A stretch of 64,000 nt of DNA, taken from positions 131,944 through 195,943 of the forward strand of contig CP060230.1 of assembly GCA_023898605.1 (NCBI GenBank). The letters are read 5' to 3'. Source of the stretch: Candidatus Nomurabacteria bacterium. Its GTDB lineage: Bacteria; Patescibacteriota; Minisyncoccia; Phycocordibacterales; UBA9973. The position numbers and the translations under genes are program-made. Each line of letters starts with the position of its first letter. Position 1 is the stretch's first letter. The notes under the pieces are model-generated. The model worked only from the letters and a program-made list of their open reading frames with translations. It did no database searches and had not been told where the DNA came from. Shown piece after piece: positions 1-8,909 of this stretch.

Positions 1-564
1 GGTTGTAATTATTCCTGTTTTTTCTCGGGCAAGTCGGAGGTACACTGGTCTTTTTAGTTTTGCTATTTCTTCGGTAGCTTTTTCTGCTTCGATAGAGTCG
101 CATGGCGATACAACTATCATGTTTGGAAGTACTCTCATAAGAGATATGTCTTCTAGTGCTTGGTGCGTACCTCCGTCTGGTCCTACAGAAATCCCAGCGT
201 GACTTCCTACGATGCAAACCCCCCTGTCGTTGTAGCAAATAGTAGTTCTGATCTGCTCCCAGTTTCTTCCTGGACTGAACATCGCGTAGCTACTACAAAA
301 CGGATATTTACCCATAGCAGACATACCAGACGATACGGCTACGAGATTTTGTTCTGCTACTCCAATTTCTACAAATCTTTCTGGGAAACGTTCTTTGAAA
401 AGATGCATCTGTGTAGACTCTGTGAGGTCGGCACAAAGAGCAACTATGCTAGAATCTTTTTCTCCAGAACTAAGTAGTCCACGACCAAAACCTTTGCGAA
501 TTGGTTCCTGCTCGCAATCATCTCCTAATACTTTTGGATTTAGTTTTAGTTTTGGATTCAACAT
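1..564 (-). CDS. Transketolase, C-terminal (pyrimidine-binding/C-terminal domain) subunit; partial, runs off window start
   Basis: Reverse-strand translation starts MLNPKLKL at 564 and contains GISVGPDGGTHQALEDISLMRVLPNMIVVSPCD, the classic transketolase/DXS C-terminal half motif. The listed 160..477 + ORF is antisense to it. Confidence 0.85.
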   Translation of the reverse strand, partial: MLNPKLKLNPKVLGDDCEQEPIRKGFGRGLLSSGEKDSSIVALCADLTESTQMHLFKERFPERFVEIGVAEQNLVAVSSGMSAMGKYPFCSSYAMFSPGRNWEQIRTTICYNDRGVCIVGSHAGISVGPDGGTHQALEDISLMRVLPNMIVVSPCDSIEAEKATEEIAKLKRPVYLRLAREKTGIITT

Positions 565-581
565 TTGTTAGAAAATAGGTT

Positions 582-929
582 TTAGTTTTTAGAAGTTAGT
601 TTATTCAAAATTTTCATTATTTCCAATAAGATAGAGTCAATTTTATTATAATCTAAATTGGATGTTTCCGGTAGTTTTTTAGAGATTATTATTTGAGTTT
701 CTAGTTCTGCACCAGATGCAAATGCTATAAATAAAAATCTCTTAAACTCAGATTCACTGCCCCTCATTCTTCCTTCTGCAATATTTGAGGGTATTGAAAC
801 AGCAGCCCTTCTCATTTGTGAAATAAGACCAAATGATTCGTGTTCGGGAAATGCCCTTGTCAACTTATAAACTTCTTCAACTAACTCTATAGATTTTTGC
901 CAAACGATAAGCTCTTTGTAAGTTTTCAT
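582..929 (-). CDS. Four-helix-bundle protein (23S rRNA intervening-sequence protein family-like)
   Basis: 115 aa; pattern ...FP..E..GL.SQ.RRAAVSIPSNIAEG...S..EF..FL.IA.GS..ELETQ... is typical of the TIGR02436/PF05635 family. Confidence 0.6.
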   Translation of the reverse strand: MKTYKELIVWQKSIELVEEVYKLTRAFPEHESFGLISQMRRAAVSIPSNIAEGRMRGSESEFKRFLFIAFASGAELETQIIISKKLPETSNLDYNKIDSILLEIMKILNKLTSKN

Positions 930-980
930 TTGCTTTTGTCTTTCAAGTCCTAATTTCTAATTTACTAGTTGGCTAAATTT

Positions 981-1901
981 CTATTCATGTTCGCTTCTAA
1001 TTTGTCCTCCTAGAGTTCTTAGTTCTTTGAGGGCCATATCTGCTTCTTCTTTGTTTGGAGCCTTGCCGTGCCAAGTGTAATCTCTTTCGAATTCGTGCAC
1101 ACCTTTACCGGGAATAGTTCTTGCGATTATTACAGATGGTTTTTCAAAGACCGCTTTTGCTTTGTTTACTGCGTCTATTATTTCTTCTATATTGTGACCA
1201 TCTATTTCTTCTACATGCCAATTGAAAGATTCCCATTTTTTCTTGAGCGAATCTAGCGGCATGACATCTTCTGTGTAGCCATCTATCTGAATATTATTTC
1301 TGTCTACTATTGCGATCAAGTTATGTAGGCCTTCTTTTCCTGCAAGCATTATAGCTTCCCAGTTATTGCCCTCGTTTAGCTCTCCGTCACCAGTGAGACA
1401 ATAGAAATACTTATTACTCTTAACTCCATTGTCTATTCTGTCGGCGATTGCCATACCAGCTGCCTGTGACAGACCGCTTCCAAGTGGCCCAGAGCTTGTT
1501 TCTATCCACGGCATAAATTCTCTATGAGGATGTCCTTGGAGTCTAGAGCCTAGCTTACGGAGCGTTTTGAGCTCTTCTAGGGGCATATACCCAGCATGTG
1601 CCATTGTTGCATAATAAACTGGACATATGTGTCCATTTGAGAGGACCAATCTATCTCTCTCTTCCCAATCTGGGTTTTTGGGATCATGTTTTAGTATTTC
1701 AAAAAATAAAGCAGAAAATATATCTGCCATACCAAGAGGTCCAGCGGTGTGACCACTTCCTGCCTCGAGAAGCATTTCGATAGTTGAAACTCTTATATCG
1801 TTTGCTTTCTCTTCTATTTTTTTTATCCTCTCGTCAGTTAGTTCCATCCGTTTTATTATAACAGACTTTTTACAAATTCTACTTCGTTTTCTTTGTTCCA
1901 A
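981..1901 (-). CDS. Transketolase, N-terminal (TPP-binding) subunit
   Basis: GHTAGPLGMADIFSALFF, HPHREFMPWIETSSGPLGSGLSQAAGMA and GDGELNEGNNWEA motifs of the transketolase TPP-binding half. Confidence 0.9.
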   Translation of the reverse strand: MEQRKRSRICKKSVIIKRMELTDERIKKIEEKANDIRVSTIEMLLEAGSGHTAGPLGMADIFSALFFEILKHDPKNPDWEERDRLVLSNGHICPVYYATMAHAGYMPLEELKTLRKLGSRLQGHPHREFMPWIETSSGPLGSGLSQAAGMAIADRIDNGVKSNKYFYCLTGDGELNEGNNWEAIMLAGKEGLHNLIAIVDRNNIQIDGYTEDVMPLDSLKKKWESFNWHVEEIDGHNIEEIIDAVNKAKAVFEKPSVIIARTIPGKGVHEFERDYTWHGKAPNKEEADMALKELRTLGGQIRSEHE

Positions 1902-2527
1902 ATCGCAGAACCCATGACAAATCGGCTAACGCCAAATTCTTTTAGTTTTTCTATATTTTCTTCGCTTACTCCGCCGTCTACAGATATGGTTATATCTCTA
2001 TAAATGCTTTTTATTTCTGAAACAATATCGTATGTTTTTTCGCTAAATTTTTGTCCTTGTAGTCCTATTGTTTCTATACCCATCACCTGTACTCCATCTA
2101 TGAGAGGAACAGCTTTTTGTAGGATAGATAGATCTTTGTCATGCTCTAGGGCTAGAATCACCTCGATAGCTTCTCTTGTTTCTCTGTCTATAGATTCTAG
2201 AAATCCTAGTATTTCTTCTTCTTGTCCAACTTCGTAGTGAAGTATTATCCTCCTTCCACCCAATCCGCAAAATACACCAAAATATTGCCAAGAGTTTTTT
2301 GCCATTATATCTATTTCGTATTTCATTCTCTCTAGATAAGGAAAAGTTTCTTCCATTTCGAAAAGATAATCTAGGGCTATATTTTGATTAAACGGCCAAG
2401 ACGCCTCCCCTGCCAAAACACCATCTACGACGTCGACCTGAAAAGTATCGACAACATCGAGCATCTTTGAGACCTTGGAGTTTATTTCTTCTATACTATC
2501 TGGAATTATTGCAGGGATAATATTCAT
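1856..2527 (-). CDS. Ribulose-phosphate 3-epimerase-like TIM-barrel protein
   Basis: 223 aa; N-terminal IIPAIIPDS...VDTFQVDVVDGV and C-terminal ISVDGGVSEENIEKLKEFGVSRFVMGSAIW resemble Rpe (HVDVMDG...VDGG...GSAIF). Sits in a pentose-phosphate context (tkt, rpiB). Confidence 0.55.
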   Translation of the reverse strand: MNIIPAIIPDSIEEINSKVSKMLDVVDTFQVDVVDGVLAGEASWPFNQNIALDYLFEMEETFPYLERMKYEIDIMAKNSWQYFGVFCGLGGRRIILHYEVGQEEEILGFLESIDRETREAIEVILALEHDKDLSILQKAVPLIDGVQVMGIETIGLQGQKFSEKTYDIVSEIKSIYRDITISVDGGVSEENIEKLKEFGVSRFVMGSAIWNKENEVEFVKSLL

Positions 2528-2569
2528 TTTATTAGGTATTAGTGTTTAGATTATTAGAAAATAGGATTT

Positions 2570-3004
2570 TTAAAACTTTGAAATTCTTCTAGCGTGTCTT
2601 TCTTCACCCGAAAAAGGCGTTTCTAAAAAAGTTTTTATTATTTCTTCTAAGTAAGAATCTTCTACAAAACCACCTCCAATAGAAAGTACATTTGCATTGT
2701 TGTGTTTTCGTAGTAGTTTTACTATCTCTATGTTCCCTCCATAGAAAACACCAGCTCTAACACCACTATATCTATTGGAAACCATAGCTTCTCCTTGACC
2801 GCTTTTTCCAAATACAAATCCGAAACTTCCAGCATCTTTCGATACAGCATCGCCGACTTTTGAAACATAGTCTGGATAGTCGTCATCTTTGTCAAAAGAA
2901 AGAGCTCCGAGATCTTCTACGTCGTATCCAGAAGTAGATAGTATGTTTTTTACTTTTTCTTTTGTCTCAAAACCTGCATGGTCTGTTCCTAGATAAATTT
3001 TCAT
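2570..3004 (-). CDS. rpiB: Ribose-5-phosphate isomerase B
   Basis: MKIYLGTDHAGFETKEKV...DYPDY...LLRKHNNANVLSIGGGFV...FLETPFSGEERHARRISKF matches RpiB/LacAB. The ORF could start 15 nt further upstream (MNKNSMKIY, 3019). Confidence 0.85.
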   Translation of the reverse strand: MKIYLGTDHAGFETKEKVKNILSTSGYDVEDLGALSFDKDDDYPDYVSKVGDAVSKDAGSFGFVFGKSGQGEAMVSNRYSGVRAGVFYGGNIEIVKLLRKHNNANVLSIGGGFVEDSYLEEIIKTFLETPFSGEERHARRISKF

Positions 3005-3005
3005 A

Positions 3006-3308
3006 CTATTCTTGTTCATTTTCTTCTTTATTAAAAGGATGTATTGTTTTACTCATTTCTTTATATTGTCCTGTTCTAAAATATCTTTCATATTCCGAAG
3101 GAGTGACTTTGTCTACATCTTCAAAAGTGACGTCATCTACATAAGACTCTACTATAAATTTTTTTCCATCAGGCGTCTCACACTCTATAAGTGCATAATT
3201 TTCAGTATAGTCTACAGGTCCTATAGGTTTTTCTTTCTTAGAAAAATCCTGACCTCCAGCACTAGATTCTATACCCTTATTGAACATTTTACCTATACCA
3301 CTAAACAT
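3006..3308 (-). CDS. Hypothetical small acidic protein
   Basis: 100-aa ORF in an operon-like position between the YceI and rpiB genes; no recognisable motif. Confidence 0.4.
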   Translation of the reverse strand: MFSGIGKMFNKGIESSAGGQDFSKKEKPIGPVDYTENYALIECETPDGKKFIVESYVDDVTFEDVDKVTPSEYERYFRTGQYKEMSKTIHPFNKEENEQE

Positions 3309-3312
3309 AATA

Positions 3313-3909
3313 TTAATTTAGATTTATTGTTAATTCTACAACTTCATTTGCAAGAGTTTGGTTTATCCCAAAGTCTTTCATGTCTATATTGAAGTTGGAA
3401 GAAAATCCTTCGCCTGTAGTGGTAAATGGTACTGTTATTTCTTTTGTAACACCATGAACGGTTAGGTTTCCAGTTACGGTTGTATCTGTGTTACCTGTGA
3501 TCTTGAAAGTTGCTTCAGGATAAGTTGTCGTATCAAAGAATCGGTCTGATTTTAGATCAGTAGTAAGTAGGTCAATTCCTGTGTTTATACTGTTCACGTC
3601 CGCTACTATTTCTCCAGAGAAAACCATAGATTCATCTGTCGCAAAAGTACTAGTTACAGAATCTATCGTTCCTTTGTGTTCTTTTCCTGGACCGAATCCC
3701 ACAAAACTTATACTAGCGCTATATTGTCGTCCTCTTTGTGCTACTTGGTTATCTACTACATCCTCTTCTACGGTTAGAGTTGTTTCGTCTACTGCCTTGT
3801 TCCCTACTTCTGCAAAAGGAACTATGTTGTCTGGTTTTACTGAAAAAGCGAGATACGCACCTCCAACAAGGATTATTAGTAGAACTGCAATTGTTATCTT
3901 TTTTGTCAT
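3313..3909 (-). CDS. YceI-like (polyisoprenoid-binding) periplasmic protein
   Basis: N-terminal TM/signal, then ...TGNLTVHGVTKEITVPFTTTGEGF..., typical of the YceI family. Confidence 0.7.
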   Translation of the reverse strand: MTKKITIAVLLIILVGGAYLAFSVKPDNIVPFAEVGNKAVDETTLTVEEDVVDNQVAQRGRQYSASISFVGFGPGKEHKGTIDSVTSTFATDESMVFSGEIVADVNSINTGIDLLTTDLKSDRFFDTTTYPEATFKITGNTDTTVTGNLTVHGVTKEITVPFTTTGEGFSSNFNIDMKDFGINQTLANEVVELTINLN

Positions 3910-3910
3910 A

Positions 3911-4939
3911 TTAGTTTATCGTTTCTCCTGTTTTTATAGCGTGATCGACAAGGGTTGCTGTGTATCCCATCTCGTTATCATACCAACCCATCACTTTTAC
4001 AAGGTTTCCATCTACTACTCTTGTCATAGCTAGGTCTGCGATAGATGCATGTGTCCTACCTAGTATGTCACTAGACACAAGAGGTTCTTCTGTAACAGAG
4101 AATATTTTGGACCATCTGTCTGTGCCGGCAGCGTCTTTCAAGATCTGATTTATTTCTTCGGCACTGGTATCTCTTTTTGCCAAAAATGTTATGTCTACGA
4201 TTGATCCCGCTGGAACAGGAACTCTTGTAGATATGCCGTCAAACTTTCCAGTAAGTTCTGTAAATGCTTTTGTTACAGCGATAGCTGCACCAGTACTACT
4301 AGGGACTATGTTTTGTGCCGCAGCGCGACCTTCGCGCAAATCTTTTTTGCTAGGTCCATCAACAAGAGCTTGAGATGCAGTGTATCCATGAACGGTATTT
4401 AGTAGAGCTTTCTCTATACCAACTGTTTCGTGAAGTATAGCGATAAGTGGGCTAGATGCGTTTGTAGTACAAGAAGCGTTACTTGTGATATCACATGTTC
4501 CAAATCTGTCTTCGTTTACTCCAAGTAGGATTGTTTCAGATTTTTGTTCACCTTCTCCATCTTTTGAAGGTGCGCTTATCACAACCCTCTTTGCACCTTG
4601 GTCTAGGTGAAATTTTGATTTTTCGTATGAAGTAAATAGTCCAGTAGATTCTATTACGATATCTACATCCATTTCTCCCCACGGTAGACCCGCTGGTTCT
4701 TTGCTAGAGATAAATTTTACTTTTCTTCCATCTACGATTATATTTTCTCCATCATTTGTTACTTCATGTCCCCAAGTTCGGTAAACAGTGTCGTATTTTA
4801 GTAAGTAAGTTAGTGAATCTATCGATCCGAGGTCGTTTATAGCTACCACTTCTATCTCTGGTCTATCCCAAGACAATTTGAAGAATGCTCTACCTATTCG
4901 ACCGAATCCGTTTATTGCTACTTTGTATGTTTTTGACAT
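3911..4939 (-). CDS. gap: Glyceraldehyde-3-phosphate dehydrogenase (type I)
   Basis: INGFGRIGR NAD-binding motif and SNASCTTN active-site cysteine motif; 342 aa. Confidence 0.95.
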   Translation of the reverse strand: MSKTYKVAINGFGRIGRAFFKLSWDRPEIEVVAINDLGSIDSLTYLLKYDTVYRTWGHEVTNDGENIIVDGRKVKFISSKEPAGLPWGEMDVDIVIESTGLFTSYEKSKFHLDQGAKRVVISAPSKDGEGEQKSETILLGVNEDRFGTCDITSNASCTTNASSPLIAILHETVGIEKALLNTVHGYTASQALVDGPSKKDLREGRAAAQNIVPSSTGAAIAVTKAFTELTGKFDGISTRVPVPAGSIVDITFLAKRDTSAEEINQILKDAAGTDRWSKIFSVTEEPLVSSDILGRTHASIADLAMTRVVDGNLVKVMGWYDNEMGYTATLVDHAIKTGETIN

Positions 4940-5187
4940 TTTGGTTCTTTGTTACTTCTTATAAAGAGTCCTGTATATTGTAACAATAAAATCCCGTATA
5001 CAAAAACCTGTATTACGGGATTGATATTTTTCTGTTTTATTGTATTAATTTGGTTTGTATGAGTGCTTTTTCGTGGTAAAATCTTGCTGTATTTGTTGAT
5101 TGCAGTACTTTATTGAAAGTACGTATAACATACAAATTTTTGTAGCTTACTAGTCGAAAAGTTACGATAAAAATGAGTTATATTCAA

Positions 5188-5226
5188 TTTTACATTTAAG
5201 AACAAAAGGAAAAGCCCACCAAAACT
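5188..5226. repeat. Left arm of nested inverted repeats (outer 5188-5204 ttttacatttaagaaca; inner 5210-5226 aaaagcccaccaaaact)
   Basis: Perfect reverse complements at 5701-5717 (tgttcttaaatgtaaaa) and 5645-5661 (agttttggtgggctttt); seen directly in the sequence. Confidence 0.85.
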
Positions 5227-5256
5227 TTATATAGATTTGAAATTCTACAATATATT

Positions 5257-5643
5257 ATGCAAGAAAATAAAATCACAATCATCATAAATAAACCAATTGA
5301 AGAAGTCTTTGAATTTACAACAAATCCAAAAAATACTCATTTATGGATTCCTTCAATTGTTGAAGAAGTTGCAGAAGAATATCCTCCTCAAATTGGAACA
5401 AAATATAAAAACAGAGGAAATGATTCTGATTGGGATTTCTATAAAGTTGTAGAATTTCAAAATAACAAAATATTCACGCTTTCTGATTTAGAAGATAATT
5501 ATCATGTTAAATACACTTATCGTAAAATTGATGATAATCAAACAGAAATGGAATATTTTGAATGGATGGAAAACGGAGAATTAAATAATCCATTTACTGA
5601 GGATATAATTCAAAAATTAAAGTCAGTTATGGAATCCAATTAA
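5257..5643 (+). CDS. SRPBCC-fold (polyketide-cyclase/AHSA1-like) small protein
   Basis: 128 aa, the only plus-strand gene in a minus-strand block; ...KPIEEVFEFTTNPKNTHLWIPS... resembles SRPBCC N-termini. Enclosed by two nested perfect 17-bp inverted repeats. Confidence 0.5.
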   Translation: MQENKITIIINKPIEEVFEFTTNPKNTHLWIPSIVEEVAEEYPPQIGTKYKNRGNDSDWDFYKVVEFQNNKIFTLSDLEDNYHVKYTYRKIDDNQTEMEYFEWMENGELNNPFTEDIIQKLKSVMESN

Positions 5644-5644
5644 C

Positions 5645-5717
5645 AGTTTTGGTGGGCTTTTCTAATTATTGACTCCCTTTGGTCGATATTTAATAATATA
5701 TGTTCTTAAATGTAAAA
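5645..5717. repeat. Right arm of nested inverted repeats (inner 5645-5661, outer 5701-5717)
   Basis: Reverse complement of 5210-5226 and 5188-5204 respectively. Confidence 0.85.
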
Positions 5718-5719
5718 CT

Positions 5720-5860
5720 CTGAAATTTTCCTTCGGAACGTTGCACTCTGGCTCGGGGCTAACGCCCTCACTTAACACAGAATATGCGGTTTCGCTCGTG
5801 CCCCTGCTCGACTAATATTTGCCTCCGCTATCGTTACGGCAAACACCAGATATACTGAAA
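5720..5860. other. GC-rich (~52%) non-coding block, possible structured RNA of unknown class
   Basis: Compositional outlier in AT-rich DNA, with local hairpins (gggc-taac-gccc) and no ORF. No tRNA T-loop and no SRP or tmRNA signature recognised. Confidence 0.25.
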
Positions 5861-5862
5861 CG

Positions 5863-7356
5863 TTAAATTAATTCTTTCAATAATTCTTGTACAAGTGCTG
5901 GATTTGCACTACCAGCAGTTTCCTTCATAACTTTTCCTACAAGTGACATAAGAGCATTTTCCTTTCCACCCTTATATGTTTCTACAACATCTTGGTTTTC
6001 AGAAATTACTTTTTCTACAATAGCCTTGAGTGCTTCTGGATCATTTTTCTGTATAAGACCTTTTTCTTCTGCAAAAGTAGCTGGGTCTAGGTCACTTTTT
6101 GTCATTTCTATAAGTATGTCTTTTGTACTTCTAGAAGAAAGAGAGCCATCTTTGAACATCTTTATAAGAGAGGAGAAACTTTTATCGTTTGGTATTTTTG
6201 CTTCAGGATCTTTTGCCAAAGTACCGACAAGATCAGAAGTTATAAAGTTTGAAGCTGTTTTTATGAGCTCTTTGTCAGAATCAAAATCAGCTATAACTTT
6301 CTCGAAGAACTCTCCGAGACTTAGATTATTTATATAACTTTCTATATCTTCGTCTTTTATACCAAACTCGTTTCTATATCTATTTCTCTTTTCTTCTGGT
6401 AATTCTGGAAGATTTTTTTCTATTTCTTTTATATCGAAAAGAGTATGAAGTTTGAATTTGGGAATATCTGGTTCTGGGAAATATCTGTAATCAGACGCAT
6501 TTTCTTTGCTTCTTTGAGAGAAGGTTTTTCCTTTGTTTTCGTCCCAGCCACGAGTTTCCTGCCTTATTTCTCCATCTCTTAGCATTGTATGTAGCTCTTC
6601 CATTCTGTCGAATTCGTACAAAACTGCTCTTTCCATGCTCTTGAATGAGTTTAGATTTTTGACCTCTACTTTTGTACCTAGAACAGATTGGAATTTATCC
6701 AAATCTGTTCGGCCGATCAATCCTTCGGATTGATTTAGGCCTTCAAGTTCGAGTTTCTTTGAGCTAGTTATAGATATGTTTGCTTCAACTCTCATCTCGC
6801 CTTTTTCCATGTTTGCTTCAGATACACCCAAATACCACAGTAGTAGTTGTAGATCTCTTGCAAACTTTCCTGCTACTCTTATCGCCTCGTCTTTATCATC
6901 GAAGGTATGAGGTTCTGTAACTAGCTCCATAAGCGGCACGCCAGCCCTGTTTAGATCAACTAGAGTTTTTTCGTCACCATGTTTTGACGTACCTGTATCT
7001 TCTTCTAGGTGTATTCTTGTTATGTCGAAACCAGACAGGTGTCCTCCTGAAACTATAGGGTATTTGTACTGGCTTATCTGATAACCTTTTGGTATGTCTG
7101 GATAAAAATAGTTTTTTCTATCAAATTCAGTAAAGTCTGCAATATTTCCTCCTATTGCAAGACCAACCTTTATAACATTTTTTATCGCCTCTTCATTTGG
7201 AACAGGCAGAGTTCCTGGTTGAGCGCTACACACAGGACATATGTTTCTGTTGGGTTTTTGTTCATCTGGGTCATTCTTACAAGAACAAAACATCTTTGTT
7301 TTAGTAGAAAGTTCCGCGTGGACCTCTAGTCCAATTGTGTAATAAAATTTCTCCAT
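5863..7356 (-). CDS. gatB: Asp-tRNA(Asn)/Glu-tRNA(Gln) amidotransferase subunit B
   Basis: N-terminal YYTIGLEVHAELSTKTKMFCSC...CPVCSAQPGTLPV; 497 aa. Confidence 0.95.
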   Translation of the reverse strand: MEKFYYTIGLEVHAELSTKTKMFCSCKNDPDEQKPNRNICPVCSAQPGTLPVPNEEAIKNVIKVGLAIGGNIADFTEFDRKNYFYPDIPKGYQISQYKYPIVSGGHLSGFDITRIHLEEDTGTSKHGDEKTLVDLNRAGVPLMELVTEPHTFDDKDEAIRVAGKFARDLQLLLWYLGVSEANMEKGEMRVEANISITSSKKLELEGLNQSEGLIGRTDLDKFQSVLGTKVEVKNLNSFKSMERAVLYEFDRMEELHTMLRDGEIRQETRGWDENKGKTFSQRSKENASDYRYFPEPDIPKFKLHTLFDIKEIEKNLPELPEEKRNRYRNEFGIKDEDIESYINNLSLGEFFEKVIADFDSDKELIKTASNFITSDLVGTLAKDPEAKIPNDKSFSSLIKMFKDGSLSSRSTKDILIEMTKSDLDPATFAEEKGLIQKNDPEALKAIVEKVISENQDVVETYKGGKENALMSLVGKVMKETAGSANPALVQELLKELI

Positions 7357-7405
7357 AATTTATAAGGCTATCATAGCAAAAAACCTAGATTTTCTCCAGC
7401 GGGCC

Positions 7406-8341
7406 TTATACCTTATAAAGTAAGAAATTTATGATGTCCAAAGAGTCTATAAACCTACCCTCTTTTGTCGATCCTAGTATGACTGCTATGTATTCTTCTA
7501 GTGGACCTGTCTCAAAGGCTATTATCAAGTTGCCACCAGCAAGGTTTGTAAGTCCGGTTTTTGAGAAAAGTAGCGACGGATATTTTTCTGTTATGTAGTT
7601 TGTATTTTTGAAAACAAGGTTAGGCTTCCCTATTGGCCCAACTGATATTGTCGGCTGGCTTGTTTTGTATATATAGTCGCTTATTTTAATGAGAGAATAT
7701 TTTGCGAGTTTTACCATATCTAGAGCTGTAGAATATGCTCCTGGAAAAACCGAACTCTCATCTAGTCCAGTTTCGTTGAAAAATACCGTATGCTCCATGC
7801 CTATCTCTGCTGCTCTCTGATTCATGATAGCTACAAAAGACTCATCTTCTCCCAAATGATATTCTTCCGATGTCCTACGGAGTGCGTGAGCTATATCGTT
7901 AGAAGAAGTCACAAGAAGTAGCGATATCAAGTCTTCCTTCTTCCACAAGTCTCCAGCGACAAGTCCGTGATCATCCGGCATGGCTAGGTCTTCGTATGTT
8001 ATCTGAATAGGAGCTCCGTCTGGAATTATTTCGTCTGCGACTATCGCGGTCATAAGTTTCTGTAGAGAAGCAACTGGTCTTTTTTCTTCCTCATTTTTTG
8101 AATAAACGATACAGTCGTCACTTTTGTTGTATATAACAAAACTTTCTGCCAGAAGATTTAGTTCAGCTTCTTCTTTGCAATATTTTACCTCTACAGGGTC
8201 TTCTTTGTTTATGATTGTTAGTGGTGTACCGGTAAGATTACTTTTTGTGACATTTGCAACCACGGTCGAAACACCCAACACAAATATGATCAATATACAC
8301 ACCAAAAATATCTTGATGTTTTTTGGGTTATTATTCTCCAT
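7406..8341 (-). CDS. D-alanyl-D-alanine carboxypeptidase (PBP5/S11 family)
   Basis: SxxK (ASLQKLMTA), SxN (SSND) and KTG (SKTGLT) motifs; N-terminal TM anchor. Confidence 0.8.
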   Translation of the reverse strand: MENNNPKNIKIFLVCILIIFVLGVSTVVANVTKSNLTGTPLTIINKEDPVEVKYCKEEAELNLLAESFVIYNKSDDCIVYSKNEEEKRPVASLQKLMTAIVADEIIPDGAPIQITYEDLAMPDDHGLVAGDLWKKEDLISLLLVTSSNDIAHALRRTSEEYHLGEDESFVAIMNQRAAEIGMEHTVFFNETGLDESSVFPGAYSTALDMVKLAKYSLIKISDYIYKTSQPTISVGPIGKPNLVFKNTNYITEKYPSLLFSKTGLTNLAGGNLIIAFETGPLEEYIAVILGSTKEGRFIDSLDIINFLLYKV

Positions 8342-8909
8342 TTTCTTCTACCTCTTCTTCTAAATCTTCTTTTTCTTCGCTAGATTTTTCTAGTAGTATA
8401 TCGTTGATTTCTTGCCAGTTATCCATGCCTTTGGCGTCGCTTATTCCTATATAAGAAAGTAGATCAATAGATGGATAATATATAACTTTTCTAGAATCTT
8501 CTTCTGCGGTTCTTTTTTCTACCAACCCTCTTATCATAAGAGATCTCAGAATAAAAGTAGAATTTACTCCTCTTATATAATCTATCTCGCTTCTAGTTGC
8601 CCCATTTTTGTAGATGATTATAGATAGAGTTTCCAGTGCGCTTTTTGTCAGGTCTTTTTTGAGTTCTTCCCTTTCTTTTTCGGTAAACATATCGAAAATT
8701 TCTTTTTCAAGTCTTATCTCTATATATTCGTCGTTTTCTACAAGCAGTAGGCTGCCCTTGCCCTGATAAGATTCTTTTAGTGAATTTATAGCTTCTTGTA
8801 GTGAGCTAGCATCTAGTCCTAGTATTTTACCAGCCTCTTTTTTAGAAACTGATGTCCCTTTGAAAAAGAGTAGAGCTTCTAGTTTGTTTTGGTTTTCTTG
8901 ATTATTCAT
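8331..8909 (-). CDS. scpB: Segregation and condensation protein B
   Basis: LEALLFFKG...ILGLD wHTH N-terminus; directly follows scpA with overlap. Confidence 0.75.
   Translation of the reverse strand: MNNQENQNKLEALLFFKGTSVSKKEAGKILGLDASSLQEAINSLKESYQGKGSLLLVENDEYIEIRLEKEIFDMFTEKEREELKKDLTKSALETLSIIIYKNGATRSEIDYIRGVNSTFILRSLMIRGLVEKRTAEEDSRKVIYYPSIDLLSYIGISDAKGMDNWQEINDILLEKSSEEKEDLEEEVEENGE

Noticed and set aside
160-477. 105-aa plus-strand ORF
   Set aside because: Lies antisense inside the transketolase C-terminal subunit gene, whose minus-strand translation gives unmistakable TK motifs.
5720-5860. tRNA or tmRNA piece
   Set aside because: No T-loop GTTCRANYC or its complement, no acceptor/CCA pairing.
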